DNA from: Paraspadella gotoi
Lineage: Eukaryota; Animalia; Chaetognatha
DNA: 63,938 nt
Reading direction: 5' to 3'
Assembly: GCA_051294375.1 (NCBI GenBank)
Contig: CM119264.1
Coordinates: 19,413,652 to 19,477,589 of the forward strand
Shown here: piece after piece, positions 10,137-23,950 of the stretch
Layout: each line of letters starts with the position of its first letter
Position numbering within the stretch: position 1 is the stretch's first letter
Position numbers and translations under genes: made by a program
Notes under the pieces: model-generated
The model's input: the letters and a program-made list of their open reading frames with translations, nothing else
Database searches by the model: none
Told to the model about the DNA's origin: nothing

Positions 10137-13100
10137 AGAGAGAAGAGAGAGAGAGAAGAGAGCAGAGAGAAAGAGATGAGAGACGAGAGGAGAGAGAGAG
10201 AATGGAAAAGTGAGAAAAAGCTGAGAGGGAAAAGAAACGGAAAGGAACCTAGCCTACAAAGAAGGAAGGAAGAAGGAAGGTAAAGAAGAAAGGAAGGAAG
10301 GAAAGGAAAGGAAGTGAAGGAAGAAAGGAAGGAAGGAAGGAAGGAAGGAGAAGAAAGGAAGGAATGAAGGAAGGAAAGGAAGGAAGGAAGGTAGGAGCGA
10401 AGGAAGGAAGGAAGGAAGGAAGGAAAGGAAGGAAAGGAAGGAAGGAAGGGAAGGGAAGGAAGAAATGTAAGCGATGAATGTGCGATCGCAGCGATACGAA
10501 CTCAGCGATTACCCCAAGTATGCACGCAACGTCAAAAATATTGAGTTCAACGCCTCTGCCGGTGTATTTTTCTCCGTATTTGTTCGTGAAGAGCGGAGCT
10601 CGAATGGAAGAATCCTCGGCCGAACGAACGAGGGAAGGATAAAAAAACTTGTCGCGCGAACGGTTTCTTTCTCGCCCGCAGAAAACAAGGGACGTCGTTA
10701 AATCGTGGTCCCAAAAGTCATAAAAATCGGAAAAATTGCAAAAGTAAAAATATTTATGAGAGAAAATGAAAATTCGAAGGTGCGTTTCCGTCTGGAGAGA
10801 AGGAAGTCGTTCGCGGACAATCGACGCCGTGATTTTTATTTATAGGGGGGGCAGGTTGAATGGGAGGGGTTGACGTGACGAGAGATGGATAAAATGGAGA
10901 GACGACCTTGCGAAAGAGAGGATGACAGTTCTTTAGAAACGAAAGAATAGGGGGAGGCTGCTTTTGAACTGGGAAGATGGTCTTTGAAAAGAGGAAACTG
11001 TGTTTAGAAGGTAAGGGGACTAATTGAACGGTAGCGGAATTCATAACGTATATTCAATTAAGGGCACAGTAAAAACTGAATTTTAAATGACATAAGAAAT
11101 TAAATTGACCTGCATACCTATGTACTGGGCATCTCACGGGTAGCAGACCTCATGAGATGCTCCTAGCTCTTGACATGAATCGAAGAGACTCTTGGATTCA
11201 CAAGGCGGCTTCGTATTACCGCCCTTATTGATTGCTTTTGTTAAAGTGAAATTTAACCGTAGATGTGATTTCGAATTCCGTGCTCCCAGCCACGCAACGC
11301 GGATCAACCTGACATCACCCAAATTAGCAACGACATATACAACAAAGACAGTCCAATAAATGATTTAAAAATAATAAGTTTTACAAATTTTTGCATGCAG
11401 GTCATAAAAAAAACACAGTTTGGCCCGATTGACTGACCTTGATGGGTTTCGTAGATAAAGTGGCCCATTGGATGGACATCTCACCTATTCGGCTTTGGGG
11501 GCTTACCGACCCTCAGTGACGCGCATTAACCTAGGACAGGTCTCGCTTGCACGCGTGGGAAATCTTAGTACTTGAAATGTGCGATGGAACGAAACTCTTA
11601 GGAATGGTGCGTTCCCTCTGCGCCTATGCGATTGGCTGCAACGCATGATAAGGACGTGACAGGCGGTGTGAATATAACCGCCAGCACCCCTCAGATTGCG
11701 CGTACAATATTTTTGTGAAAAAGTTATCATTCCCTGAAAACAATTCCCTAGGTTCTTTAACCTGTTACAAGAAACCAAACTTGTCGTTTGGGGATGTAAG
11801 CGACTACAATTACTCGCCCTTTGTCGCGGAGAGAAAAGAATTTCTTTTTCCTCGAGGCAATTCCGGAGAAACAGTTCCATAAGATAGCAAATTTAGAAGT
11901 CCAACAACCACAATCAGACCTACACACAAATGTTTCTCCTCATCTCTCATTCTCTCTCTTCTCTCGTCTCTCTCATCTCACTCATCTCGTCTCTCATCCA
12001 TCATCTCTCTCTCATCTCTCTCTCTCTCTTTCTCTCTATCTCTTCGTGTTGATCAAATTCGGAAAAAACGAGAAACAAAAAAAACTCGATTATGAGAGAC
12101 AGCGTTTCTCTGCCAGCGATGCACACGGGAAGAATCAGAGGGAAACTTGGACGGGGGGGGTGAGAGGAATTTGGTTCGGGGGGTGGGGAGAGATTTGGTG
12201 TGTGAGAAAGATTTGCTGGTTCAAATATAAAAAAGAATGACAATCGCATAGAAAGACTGTTTTTCTTGGGACAAACATTAATTTTAAAATTTATATCCAC
12301 AGAAAATTACAAATAAGGTTTTTGTCAACCGACATGATAAAAATGAAATACTATTTTTAAAAACCATATTTTTCAAAACTAAAAAGTGAAATATAATAAG
12401 GACTAGGTCTCCAACGAGATCGTAAAGGGGAAAAAAGGTAAAAATGGGACGAAGAATGACGAACTTGACGGTCGAAGGCGGCGAAGTCATAAAGCGAATG
12501 ATGCGCCGAATTCGAAGCTCAAACCGCAGAATTACAAAACAGAAAACATTAAAAGCGATAATTATGGAAAAGAAAGTATAATGAACGGCGGGAAAATAAA
12601 GAAGGAAGGAGGGTAGAGGAGCAAGGGATAGGAAGTGATGAAAGGGAGGTTACGATCGAAATCTGGATGGTAGATGGAAAGAGTAAAAGCGATTTGAAGC
12701 TGCGAGCTGAGGGAAAAAAAGGGAAAACGAAGCGTAAGAGAAAAACAAAAGGGATTTCAAATATTAGGTTCCAGTACAAGGTTATTTTATTTATTTTATT
12801 GTAGATATTTTAGGATAAGTTTAGTTCAGTTGATCTAGATAGTTAAGTTGGTTACTTATTATAGTCAGTTAGATCCGTTAGTATAGTTGATTAGTTAGTA
12901 CTTACATTGAAAAAGTTTATACGTAAGAAGCCGTAAGACGTTATTTTTTAAAACGCCCAATAAATAACTATCATTTTATTAGATTAAAATCGCAAAAATT
13001 ATAATTAAAAGAAACTATTAAACAGAAATACAACTGGCCAAGTAAGATTGACGAAACTCTTCAATTCAAAGTGAATGGAAACCGTATCCATTAAAGAGCG

Positions 13101-13303
13101 ATGGAAATGGCAACGTCGATGCGAACGAAACTAGCATCCGCGTTAAAATGGGAAAAAAAATAAATAAATAAAAAGAGAAAGAAAGAGAGAAACGCGAACT
13201 CGGAAAGGCAACCATACGCCTCGTCAGAACAGGGGAACTTTGCAAAACAGAAGATAACAGAAGATAGAAGGACGAAGAGCGAAAAGATAGGAAAAATAAG
13301 AGG

Positions 13304-13334
<31 letters not shown>

Positions 13335-14060
13335 TGAGAAGACAGAGACAAAGAGAGATCGAAGTTCGAAGGGACAGAAGACGACGATGTCAAGAACGAA
13401 ACTATTTCTCAAATTCTCACTCCAGAAACCTAGTGAGTGCGGGGGCTCCGTCCGGGTGGGAGGCGAAAGCGAAGAAATAAGAAGACAATTAAAGGAACCA
13501 TTGCGCGGGCAGATATTCCTCGGAAAACGTTTGAGTGGCGATGCTAGAACTACGTCTTTGTAAAGAGATAATACAGAAAATGAAGGAAAGAGAAAAAAAA
13601 GAAAGAGGCGAGGCATTAAAGTCCGAGACGTAATAAATCTAATTCCTTAGGCGTGCCTTATTGAAACTCTTTGAGATTCCCGAGAGAAAATAAGCATGAA
13701 CCCCTCGTCTACTCTTGCACCTTTTATTCTCCCATCCTCCTCGTTTTTACGCGCGTACGCGTCATCTGTCCATCTTCCCTTTCCTCACTTTCACGAATTT
13801 TCCACAAATTTTCACAACCTATTTCCGCGTTTGTCACCATCGGCATCTTATTTTGTTTTGTTTTTCATTTTCATTCCCTGATTCGTGTCATTCCTTTTTG
13901 TTTCCTTACATTCATACCCTATTACTTTCAACTCCACATCGTCAAGCCCCTCCCATCCGTTTTAATCCCTTCCCCCCTTCTCCCCCCTTCTTCCCGTCGT
14001 CTCAGAGACTCCTCCTCCAGTTCCCACTTTCCTTTTTGATTTTTTCTCCATTCACTTCAG

Positions 14061-14802
14061 GTACAAAGAAGAAATGTTTTTGCGGCGACCAAGATGGCAG
14101 ACGCCAACAAACATAAGGACGACGACACGAACGGGCACGAAGAGCGTTGCTTCCTCCCCATGTCCTCCTTGGATCAGCCCACCCTGAGTAAAAGTCGCCG
14201 TAACAAACAGGGCGCGGGACGAAAAACGTAAACGGCGGGGGACGGTTGTGGACGATTCCATACTTCCCCCCATTTCCGCCCCGCAGGAGTCCCAGGCTAC
14301 GAGTTTTCCTAACTCAGTCGACGTGGCAAGTTCTACAAAATGTCGTTGCTACCTTCTCTCGTCGATTGGACGAAAGTCGGCGGTGCGGTCCGCTCTCTCC
14401 GGGCATCAGCCGCTTCAGAACCACGGCTGGCGTTAAAGGCGACCGCCCCGCGAATTGCTCGCCGAAGCCAGCAAACTCTCCCGGCTCCGAGCGACTCCGA
14501 CTGCAGAAAATCCCTTCGGATTGGCGGTGGCCGGCGTCCGACTAACGCGGACGCCCCGCCCTATCTTTCAAGAAACGCGTCGCATGATCTTCGTAGGCGC
14601 CGCCGTGGTCCGTGTCCGCCTTTACCTATGCTGCTCGACGTCGGAGCTTTGACCACCATGGTGGCGGACTGCATCATCGCGTCAACTCAGCGTCGTCGTC
14701 GGCGTCCGTCCGTTTCTTCGGCGCCGCCTTGGAAGCAGATTACGGCGACCATCTCTCATGGTCAAATCAAGAGCAAAGTTCCGCTCGAGAGCGATCCATC
14801 AG
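14061..14802 (+). pseudogene. Frameshifted inverted copy of exon G (real pseudo-copy or noisy assembly duplicate)
   Basis: Reverse complement of 23261-23950 with many 1-3 nt insertions. Peptide fragments such as SDSDC, LLDV and QIKSKVPLESD are shared. The donor gtgagg reads ggagg here. Confidence 0.75.
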
Positions 14803-15798
14803 GGAGGAGACGATCAGGGTACTTGAGGAGTGAAGGGAAACGAATGGGAAGAGGAGAGGAGGAGGAGGAGAGGAAAACGGGCGTCAGAAAGGTTGGATGA
14901 ATGGGGAGGGTTTGACGAAACCTGTACGGACAAGCCGCGATAAATTAATTTTCTTTTAACTTTATTGGTTTCTCACTTTGCAAACAAGGCCGCTTTTGAA
15001 TTGTTCATAGCCGGGGAAAGGAATGAAAGGGGAAACGTTTGATCTTTGGATGCCGGAGGGAAACAACGAAGCCCAATTATGCTCCTTTTTCTCCTCATCT
15101 TCGCCCTCTTCATCTCTAAAACGATTTGAGTCTCTCCCCCCAACTGAGAAAATCCGCGTCCCGGAATTGTAGACCAAATCCTTGTCTCCGATGTAGACGC
15201 TACGATTCCTCTCCGGAGGGAAAATTCAATAAGGTAAGTTATTAACCGTCCGATTTGTAAATGACGAGGAAAACACGGTAGGAATTAGAGAGGAAGAAAA
15301 ATGAAAAGGGAAGAGCAGAGAGAGGAGAAGAGAGTCTATTCGCGCTCGGAGCGACCGAGTATGAGAGGGAGAAACTTATTAGCAATCGATTTCATCATTG
15401 GCCGCTCAGTGACGCCTGTAATGAGATTTTAGAAGTCGATAGAAGCGAGAAAAGGATCAGTGGAGACTTTTTAATCTTTCCGCACGGACATTTTCTTCCC
15501 TTACAACCTCCTTTCCTCTTTTTGCTTCATCTACCACCTCTTTTTATAGCTTATCTCTGTCAGACCCACGGTTGAATCCAGTTTATCTTCTCGTTCTGTT
15601 TTTACCCACTCAATTAACCCTTTACTTATACCCTTCACCCCTAGTCCCTACCACACTTCTGTTCTTTGATCTCAGTCTGCCCCTTAACACTTTATCATCA
15701 ATTCTTTTGGGGAATTCAATCAAGGATTATTTTTTACCTTTTAAATTATGCAAAATGGAATTTTTCTCAGACGAAAGAGTACACTCCCGCTCTGGTCC

Positions 15799-15876
<78 letters not shown>

Positions 15877-17288
15877 CTCTCTCTTCTCTCTCCCTCTCGT
15901 CCTCCTCGCCCATGTCTACCAAGCTAGCAGGCATGCTTCGAACAACACGCAAGTAATCGCGAAAAAAAAAAGATAAAATGAGAGACCACATTGATTACAT
16001 TATTCAATATCAACGTTAGTCGAGTGATTCCATGAGCGAGAACAACACATTCCTGCTTACGATCGGTTTTGGATAAATGCGCGCAGAGCCAGTCGGTCCG
16101 AGTTTCCTGAGTCGGTGCGTGTTCAGGCTGTGAGCTTTCGCCTCTCTCTTTCCTCATCTCCATGGAAGCATTAAAACCAGGGAACAAAACGGTAAACACA
16201 TACCCGTCGCCATTGACCAGAACCCCAATCTTGAGTTTGACAGAAGGAAATCACCTGTACAAAAACAATTCCTTTTCCCTGCTCTTTCAACTTTGCTTTT
16301 CGATTTTTTCTTTTGTTATTTTATACGTCGACAATCGACCATCTATAAATATTTACAACGAAGAAAGACTATAAGAAATTTACAATAAAAAAGTGCAAAT
16401 AAAATGTTATGGACTTGTAGTTTAAAAATTTACCGAATATTAATATTAAAAAAAATATGACGTTTCGGTAGTTCTAATAAAAATGAAATTGATTACTATG
16501 TTTGTATTGAGATCTAATATTACTAAAAACCTTACGTATGTCGGTTCTATTAAAAAATGAGGGATTGAATCGTATAAATTTCTGTAATATACATATATTA
16601 TATATACTTTATTAAATCTAGCCTTATTTCCCTAATGACATTATTATAATTTTGCGCTTATGCAATCCACAAACGTAAGTAAAAAAACGTGAAGCAACTC
16701 TCGGTGAAGTGATCGGCGTTTCCATTCATAGATTTAAACCCAAAACCGATGAATTTCGGAATCGACGTTAACAATAAATTAAACGTTCGTTACCTCTCGA
16801 AAGTTGAACGATTTAGAAACGCGAAACAACAACAACAAAAAAATCTAGTGAGTTAGAGGAGAGTTCGAACCAAAGCCTCCCCACCCAACTTCGACAAACC
16901 GGCCAAAGGACTTAACGGACATCGCTTCTATTTCCCCTTTTTTCTTTCTTTCCCTTATTTACTCCATTTTCCCCCTCCCTTTTTCTTTCTCTCCAATTTT
17001 TTTCTTTTCCTCGCTTTCTGGTTTCCTTACGCCGAATCGTCTTTTTTTTTCTCGACCTCGTTATCGAGCGAGCAATGACTTCCCCGCCTCCCCTCTCTTC
17101 CCCCTCCATCTCCCTCTCTCTTCCTCTCTCTATCTCTCCTTCTCTCCTCTCTCTCTGCTTCTCGCTCTCTCGTCTCTGCTCTCTTTCCTTCACCATTTTT
17201 CCACACCTTATTTCTCCTCTATTTCCTATCATGTCGCTTTCCCTTCTTTCTCCCAACTCTTGCCACCCCATTTTACACCCATTTACAG

Positions 17289-17415
17289 TGTGTGGGCGTG
17301 TCCCTGGCGCTGACGCCGTTCGGTGGGAACATTTCTTCGTCTTTGGGTTCGCGCCCCCTTCGCCTTCAACGCCCGGACCGCGACGAAGATCGACCCCCCA
17401 ACTCAATTACCCGAG
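17289..17415 (+). pseudogene. Mirror copy of an Ig F/G-strand exon (approx. GVWACLALTPFGGNISSS...) whose native copy falls in the N gap 20726-21190
   Basis: Acceptor catttacag| after a pyrimidine tract, GC-rich. VWAC and LALTPFGGNISS lie in adjacent frames and resemble the Ig G-x-Y-x-C-x-A-x-N-x-x-G motif. Confidence 0.5.
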
Positions 17416-17816
17416 GTCCGAACGAGGGATTTGTTCATATCGGCCACTTTCGCCCTGTCACTATCGCGCGTCTGTATCAGTTCTTTCATTCGATTTCTCC
17501 TCTTCTTTCTGCTCTCCTCTCTCGGTCTCTCTCCTCTCTCTTCTCTCTCTCCTCTCTAATCTACTCTTCTCTCTCTTCTCTTCTCCTCGCTCTTTCTCAT
17601 CTCTCCTTCTCTCTCTCTCTCCATCTTTTTCTTCTTCATACTCATAACAACCGAAACTAATCGATGTACAACATACCTTCTCTTTTCCCCTTGTCTCCTT
17701 GCCTCTTAAAATCTCATCTTTTGATTCTATTTTATTCTTATTTCTTATTTTATTTCTTCATTTCTCCCCCATTTTCCTCTTAAATTTTTGATTTTCACTA
17801 TCCTTCACCAAATCAG

Positions 17817-17942
17817 ACACCCAACCTCGGTGACAATCCTCCCCACCCACATGCGCCCCACCACCGCCATCGCCAACACACCTCCGCCCCGACTTCCCTG
17901 GGTGGCCAACGTCCCTCACCTCACGCCGGCGGCGACGATGAG
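17817..17942 (+). pseudogene. Mirror copy of exon J
   Basis: Reverse complement of 20550-20673 with indels. Retains the cag| and |gtaagg sites. Confidence 0.55.
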
Positions 17943-18901
17943 GTAAGGACGAGAGGAAAGGGGAAATATTTCATGGGCGGATGACCGGGAACGAAGCGCA
18001 GCTGCTGAAACTTCTGCAGCGGCCGAGGCTGGCGGCCCGGTCGCGTCGTGGGAACAAAATATGGATTGTCGATAGAAGAGTTTTGACAAAAAACACAACA
18101 ACCGAGAGAGAATGGGAAGCCAGGAAAAGAAAAGGAAGAAAGGATATGAGAAAATTAGAAAGGAAGAAAAGGGGATTCCGAGTATAAAAAGAAAAAAGCG
18201 AGTTCTAAAAAAAAAAAAGAATAAAGAACGGAAGAATAAATAGATCCCGAAAAATTGAAGGTGGAAAGGAGGAGAATGAGGAATGTACGGGTATGAGGCC
18301 GCGAGTATAAATCCCGCTGCGACGCAGGTGCGAGAAGAAAAATAAAAAGATTTGAGAGAAAAGGGAGAAAAAGGGAGGAAAGGATAAAAGGAGCGAAGAT
18401 TTATTTCTACGCGTAGTGTGTTATACTTTTTTTTTGTGCTCTTTTTGTACAGGACGTTTCAAACTCAAGGATTTCTTCCATCGTCCTAGAGATTTTCATC
18501 GATTTTCCTTGCGTGAGTACGAGCGTTATTTACCCTAAAGGAACTGCGTCTTTCCTATGGGATACTTTTTTTAGCGGAGGTTTATAATAATTTCAGACTG
18601 TTTACGATTGAAATGGAATTTATTTTTAGTCAAACGTTTTTACAGTAACTTTTATAGTAATTTTACAGTAACTTTTTACAGTAATCTTTTGGAAATCCAG
18701 AAATCGGCTTAGTAATCTGATATTGACTATTCAATTAGGCATAATTTATGCGGAACCCAAGTAAAAACTAAGAGTTCTGAAAATATAAATAACGTTTGAG
18801 CATCCCTGAGTGGTAACTGAAATACAAAATTAAAAATTTTCATGGGCTATCTGAATCCGTTCTTAAAAATAAATGTATGAAATTTTTTCTCCATTGCTAT
18901 G

Positions 18902-19599
18902 CAGTAAGGCGCGGCCAAAACTAAACATTTTAATCTTTCAAGTTCCCTCAAAAAAATTATTTTTTCCTTCTATTACTAAATCGATTTTCAATACAACATT
19001 TTGAATTAGTTCATATGGGTTGTTGCACTAAAGCCTTTATATATTTATTAATATTGTTTAAAAATAATAGTACAATTAAATTTTAAAAGTTTGTTAAAAA
19101 TAAGAAAAACCTTTAAAAATCATCATCAATCATCATAATTTCATCAATAAACCAAAAAACTTAATAACCTTTATCTAACTTTAAAGCTTTATCAGAATCT
19201 ATAAACAAATGAAAAACTAAAAAAAAATTTTAAACTATATATAGTACATAAAATAATCTTTTAAAATGCTCTCGTGCACTTATTAATAAGATAAATTTTA
19301 AAAATTATTTTCAATTTTCATATTCTTTAACAGTCAACTTAACCATATATTATATTTGAGAGAACATTTTTTCAACCTGTATCCGCTCATGATGATGATT
19401 TTTAAAGGTTTTTCTTATTTTTAACAAACTTTTAAAATTTCTTATATATTAATAAATATATAAAAGCTTTAGTGCAACAACCCAATGAACTAATTCAAAA
19501 TGTTGTATTGAAAATCGATTTAGTAATAGAAGGAAAAAATAATTTTTTTTGAGGGAACTGAAAGATATAAAAAGTGTTTAGTTTTGGCCCGCCTTACTG
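18902..19599. mobile_element. AT-rich repeat element (possible MITE) at the palindrome centre, bounded by AGTAAGGCG(C)GGCCAAAA ... TTTTGGCCCGCCTTACT
   Basis: The same start motif recurs at ~1832 and ~5349. The spacer 19135-19330 matches 1982-2190 in direct orientation, and 18903-19050 matches 5349-5500. Confidence 0.55.
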
Positions 19600-20549
19600 C
19601 ATAGGCAATGGAGAAAAAATTTCATACATTTTATTTTTTAAGAACGGATTCAGATAGCCCATGAAAATTTTTAATTTTTTTCGTATTTCATTATCCCTCA
19701 GGGATGCTCAAACGTTATTTATATTTCAGAACTCTTAGTTTTTACTTGGTTCCGCATTAAATTATGCCTAATGAATAGTCATATCAGGTAACTAAGCCGA
19801 TTTCTGATTTCCAAAGATTACTGTAAAAAGTTACTGTAAAAGTTACTATAAAAGTTACTGTAAAAACGTCTTGACTAAAAAATAAATTCCATTTCAATCG
19901 TAACAGTCTGAAATATTTATAACCTCCTAAAAAAGTATCCCATAGGAAAGACGCAGTTCCTTTAGGGAAATAACGCTCGTACTCACGCAAGGAAAAATCG
20001 ATGAAAATCTCCAGACGATGGAAGAAATCCTTGAGTTTGAAGACGTCCTGTACAAAAAGAGAAAAAAAAAGTATAACACGTCGCGTAGAAATAAATCTTC
20101 GCTCCTTTTCTCCTTTCCTCCCTTTTCTCCCTTTTCTCTCAAATCTTTTTTTTTTCTTCTCGCACCTGCGTCGCAGCGGGATTTATACCTCGCGGCCTCA
20201 ACCCGTACAATCCTCAATTCTCCTCCTTTCCACCTTCAATTTTTTCGGGATCTATTTATTCTTCCGCTTCTTTATTCTTTTTTTTTTTTAGAGCTCGCTT
20301 TTTTCTTTTTATACTCGGAATCCCCCTTTTTCTTCCTTTCTAATTTTCTTCATATCCTTTCTTCCTTTTCTTTTCCTGGCTTCCCATTCTCTCCGGTTGT
20401 TGGTTTTTGTCAAACTCTCTATCGACAATCCATATTTTGTTCCCACGACGCGACCGGCCGCAGCCTCGGCCGCTGCAGAAGTTTCAGCAGCTGCGGCTTC
20501 GTTCCCGTTCACCGCCCATGAAATATTTCCCCTTTCCTCTCGTCCTTAC

Positions 20550-20673
20550 CTCATCGTCGCCGCCGGCGTGAGGTGAGGACGTGGCCACCCAGGGGAAGTC
20601 GGGGCGGAGGGGGTGTTGGCGATGGCGGTGGTGGGGCGCATGTGGGTGGGAGGATGTCACCGAGGTTGGGTGT
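20550..20673 (-). CDS. Probable exon J (HPTSVTSSHPHAPHHRHRQHPLRPDFPWVATSSPHAGGDDE), a low-complexity linker
   Basis: Acceptor ttcaccaattcag| and donor GAG|gtaagg. 124 bp, GC-rich, only one frame open (phase 2-0). Confidence 0.55.
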
Positions 20674-22015
20674 CTGAATTGGTGAAGGATAGTGAAAATC
20701 AAAAATTTAAGAGGAAAATGGGGGANNNNNNNNNNNNNNNNNNNNNNNNNNNNNNNNNNNNNNNNNNNNNNNNNNNNNNNNNNNNNNNNNNNNNNNNNNN
20801 NNNNNNNNNNNNNNNNNNNNNNNNNNNNNNNNNNNNNNNNNNNNNNNNNNNNNNNNNNNNNNNNNNNNNNNNNNNNNNNNNNNNNNNNNNNNNNNNNNNN
20901 NNNNNNNNNNNNNNNNNNNNNNNNNNNNNNNNNNNNNNNNNNNNNNNNNNNNNNNNNNNNNNNNNNNNNNNNNNNNNNNNNNNNNNNNNNNNNNNNNNNN
21001 NNNNNNNNNNNNNNNNNNNNNNNNNNNNNNNNNNNNNNNNNNNNNNNNNNNNNNNNNNNNNNNNNNNNNNNNNNNNNNNNNNNNNNNNNNNNNNNNNNNN
21101 NNNNNNNNNNNNNNNNNNNNNNNNNNNNNNNNNNNNNNNNNNNNNNNNNNNNNNNNNNNNNNNNNNNNNNNNNNNNNNNNNNNNNNNNNNAAATGGGTAT
21201 AAAGGGAAAAAGAAAGAAAAAAGGGGAAATAGAATGGTGCGTTAAGTCTTTTGGCCGTTTTCGAAGTGGGGGGGGACTTTGGTTCGAACTCTCCTCTAAC
21301 TCACTAGAGTTTTTTTGTTGTTGTTGTTTCGGTTCTAAATTCCAACTTCGAGAGGTAAACGAACGTTAATTTATGTTAACGTCGATTCCAATTCATCGGT
21401 TTTGGGTTTAACTTGAATGGAAACGCCGCGATCACTCACCGACGAGTTGCTTCACGTTTTTTGTTACTTACCTTGTGATATAGACGAAATATCTGCAGCG
21501 ATAATATAATATAATAATATAATATAATAATTAATATATATTATAATATATATAATATATATAATATAATCGTAATTATATATATAATATATATAATATA
21601 ATCGTAATTACACGATCCTCAATTTTTTTTTAATAAAAAGAAACTACCGAAACTCAGTAAGGTTTTTTTAAAAGTAAATATGTATTTCAAAACCAACCAT
21701 AACATGCATTTCATTTTGCTAACTGTATATTTTTTTTATCTCAATATTCTTGGTTAGAAAATTTTAACTTTAATATAGTCTTTTAACTTTTTCGTTAAAT
21801 ATTTATAGATGTCGATGTCGACGATAAAACAAAAGAAAAAAATGAAAAAGCAAAGTTGAAAGCAGAGGAAAGGGAATTGTTTTGTTTACAGTGATTTCTT
21901 CTGTCAACCAAGATTTGGTTCAATGGCGACGGGTTTGTTTACCTTTGGTTTTAATGCTTCCATGGAGATGAGGAAAGAGAGAGTGCGAAGCTCACACGCG
22001 CACGCAGAAACTCAC

Positions 22016-22077
22016 CGACTGGCTCATGCGCGCACATTATCCAAAACATCGAAGCTAGGAATGTGTTGTTCTCCTAA
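22016..22077 (-). CDS. Partial exon H of the Ig-domain gene, truncated by an N gap (approx. ...VLDNVRxSQS)
   Basis: Donor CAGTCG|gtgagt at 22015. The noisy translation resembles an Ig E-strand (L-x-N-V). The mirror copy is at ~15931-16095. Confidence 0.4.
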
Positions 22078-23260
22078 NNNNNNNNNNNNNNNNNNNNNNN
22101 NNNNNNNNNNNNNNNNNNNNNNNNNNNNNNNNNNNNNNNNNNNNNNNNNNNNNNNNNNNNNNNNNNNNNNNNNNNNNNNNNNNNNNNNNNNNNNNNNNNN
22201 NNNNNNNNNNNNNNNNNNNNNNNNNNNNNNNNNNNNNNNNNNNNNNNNNNNNNNNNNNNNNNNNNNNNNNNNNNNNNNNNNNNNNNNNNNNNNNNNNNNN
22301 NNNGAGCGGGAGTGTACTCTTTCGTCGAGAAAATTCCATTTGCATAATTAAAGTAAAAAATAATCCTTGGATTGAATTCCCAAAAGATATGATGAAAAGT
22401 GTTAAGGGGGCGACTGAGATCAGAGAAAGAAGTGTGTAGGGGACTTAGGGGTGAAGGTAAAGTAAAGGGGTTAATTGGAGTGGGTAAAACAGAACGAAGA
22501 AGATACTGATTCAACCGTGGTCTGACAGAGATAAGCTATAAAAAAGGTGGAAGATGAAAGCAAAAAGAGGAAGAGGAGGTTGTAAGGGAAGAAAAATTTC
22601 CGTGCGGAAAGATTAAAAAGTCTCCTGATCCTTTCTTCGCTTCTTCGACTTCTAAATCTCATTACAGGCGTCACTGAGCGGCCCAATGATGAATCGATGC
22701 TAATAAGTTTCTCCCTCTCGATCTCCCCGGCGCGGAAAGTCTCTCTCTCTCTCTCTCGCTCTCCCTTTTTCATTTTCTTCTCTCTATCCTACCGTGTTTT
22801 CCTCGTCATTTAACAAATCGGGTTAAGAACTTACCTTATTGAGTTTTTCCTCCGGAGAGGAAGCTAGCGTCTACATCCGGAGACAGGATTTGGGTCTACA
22901 TCCGGGACGCGGATTTTCAGTTGGGGGGAGAGACTCAAATCGTTTTACGAGATGAAGAGGGCGAAGATGAGGAGAAAAAGGCTAATGGGCTCGTTGTTTC
23001 CCCTGGCACCAAAGATCAAAACGTTTCCCCCTTTCATTTCTCTTTCCCGCTTGAACAAATTCAAAAGCGGCCTTGTTGCAAAGTGAGAAACCAATAAAGT
23101 TAAAAGAAAATAATTTATCGCGGCTTGTCCGTACAGTGTTTCGTCAAACCCTCCCCATCATCCAACCTTTCTGATCCCCCCTTTCCTTCTCCTCCTCCTC
23201 CTCCTCTCCTTTCCCCATTCGTTTCCCTTCACTCCTCAAGTACCCTGATCGTCTCCTCAC

Positions 23261-23950
23261 CTGATGGAATCGCTCTCGAGCGGAACTTTGCTCTTGATTT
23301 GACAGAGGATGGTCGCCGATCGCTTCCAAGGCGGCGTCGAAGAAGACGACGACGCCGACGACGACGATGATTTGGCGACGATCCGCCACCAGTGGTCAAA
23401 GTCCACGTCGAGCAGCAGGTAAGGCGGACACGTGACCACCGGCGGCGCCACGAAGATCAGCGACGCGTTCTTGAAGAAGCGGCGTCCCGCGTAGTCGACG
23501 CGCCACCGCACGCGAAGGATTTTGGCGCAGTCGGAGTCGCTCGAGCCGGGAGAGTTTGCGGCTTCGGCGGCGGCATTCGCGGCGTCGCCTTTAACGCCAG
23601 CGTGGTTCTGAAGCGGTGATGCCGGAGAGAGCGGACGACGCCGCTTCGCCAATCGAGAGAGAAGGAGCAACGACATTTTGTAGAACTTGCCCACGTCGAC
23701 GAGGTAGGAAAACTCGTAGCCTGGGACTCCGCGGGGCGAAAGGGGGGAAGATGGGAGATCGTCCACCCGTCCCCCGCCGTTACGTTTTTCGTCCGCGCCC
23801 TGTTTGTATACGGCGACTTTACTCAGGGTGGGCTGATCCAAGGAGGACATGGGGAGGAAGCAACGCTCTTCGTGCCCGTCGTCGTCGTCGTCCTTATGTT
23901 TGTTGGGCGTCTGCCATCTAGCGGTCGCCGCAAAAACATTCTTCTTGTAC
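23261..23950 (-). CDS. Large exon G of the Ig-domain gene (...ILRVRWRVDYAGRRFFKNASLIFVAPPVVTCP...SATILCQIKSKVPLESDSI)
   Basis: Acceptor ttcattcaactcag| and donor |gtgagg. A 690-bp GC-rich open frame (ORF 23257-23979) ending with an Ig B-strand-like ATILCQIKSKVP. The 5' phase is uncertain because the mirror copy has extra A's in homopolymers. Confidence 0.78.

Larger units (their letters stand above)
10137..19128. repeat. Left arm of a giant inverted duplication (~9.0 kb)
   Basis: Continuous reverse-complement match to 19390-27737, for example (GGAA)n 10260-10460 vs (TTCC)n 27380-27600, 14061-14802 vs 23261-23950, and 18640-18690 vs 19815-19865. Confidence 0.97.

Noticed and set aside
19378-19392. 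TGTATCCGCTCATGA, which resembles the plasmid bla promoter region, at the palindrome junction
   Set aside because: Only 15 bp, and the flanks do not continue as vector. No SMRTbell adapter is recognisable in the spacer either.
22831-23075. Strong-looking donor (AAG|gtaagt; mirror at ~15233) suggesting an extra exon
   Set aside because: No consistent open frame in either arm copy, so it cannot be supported.
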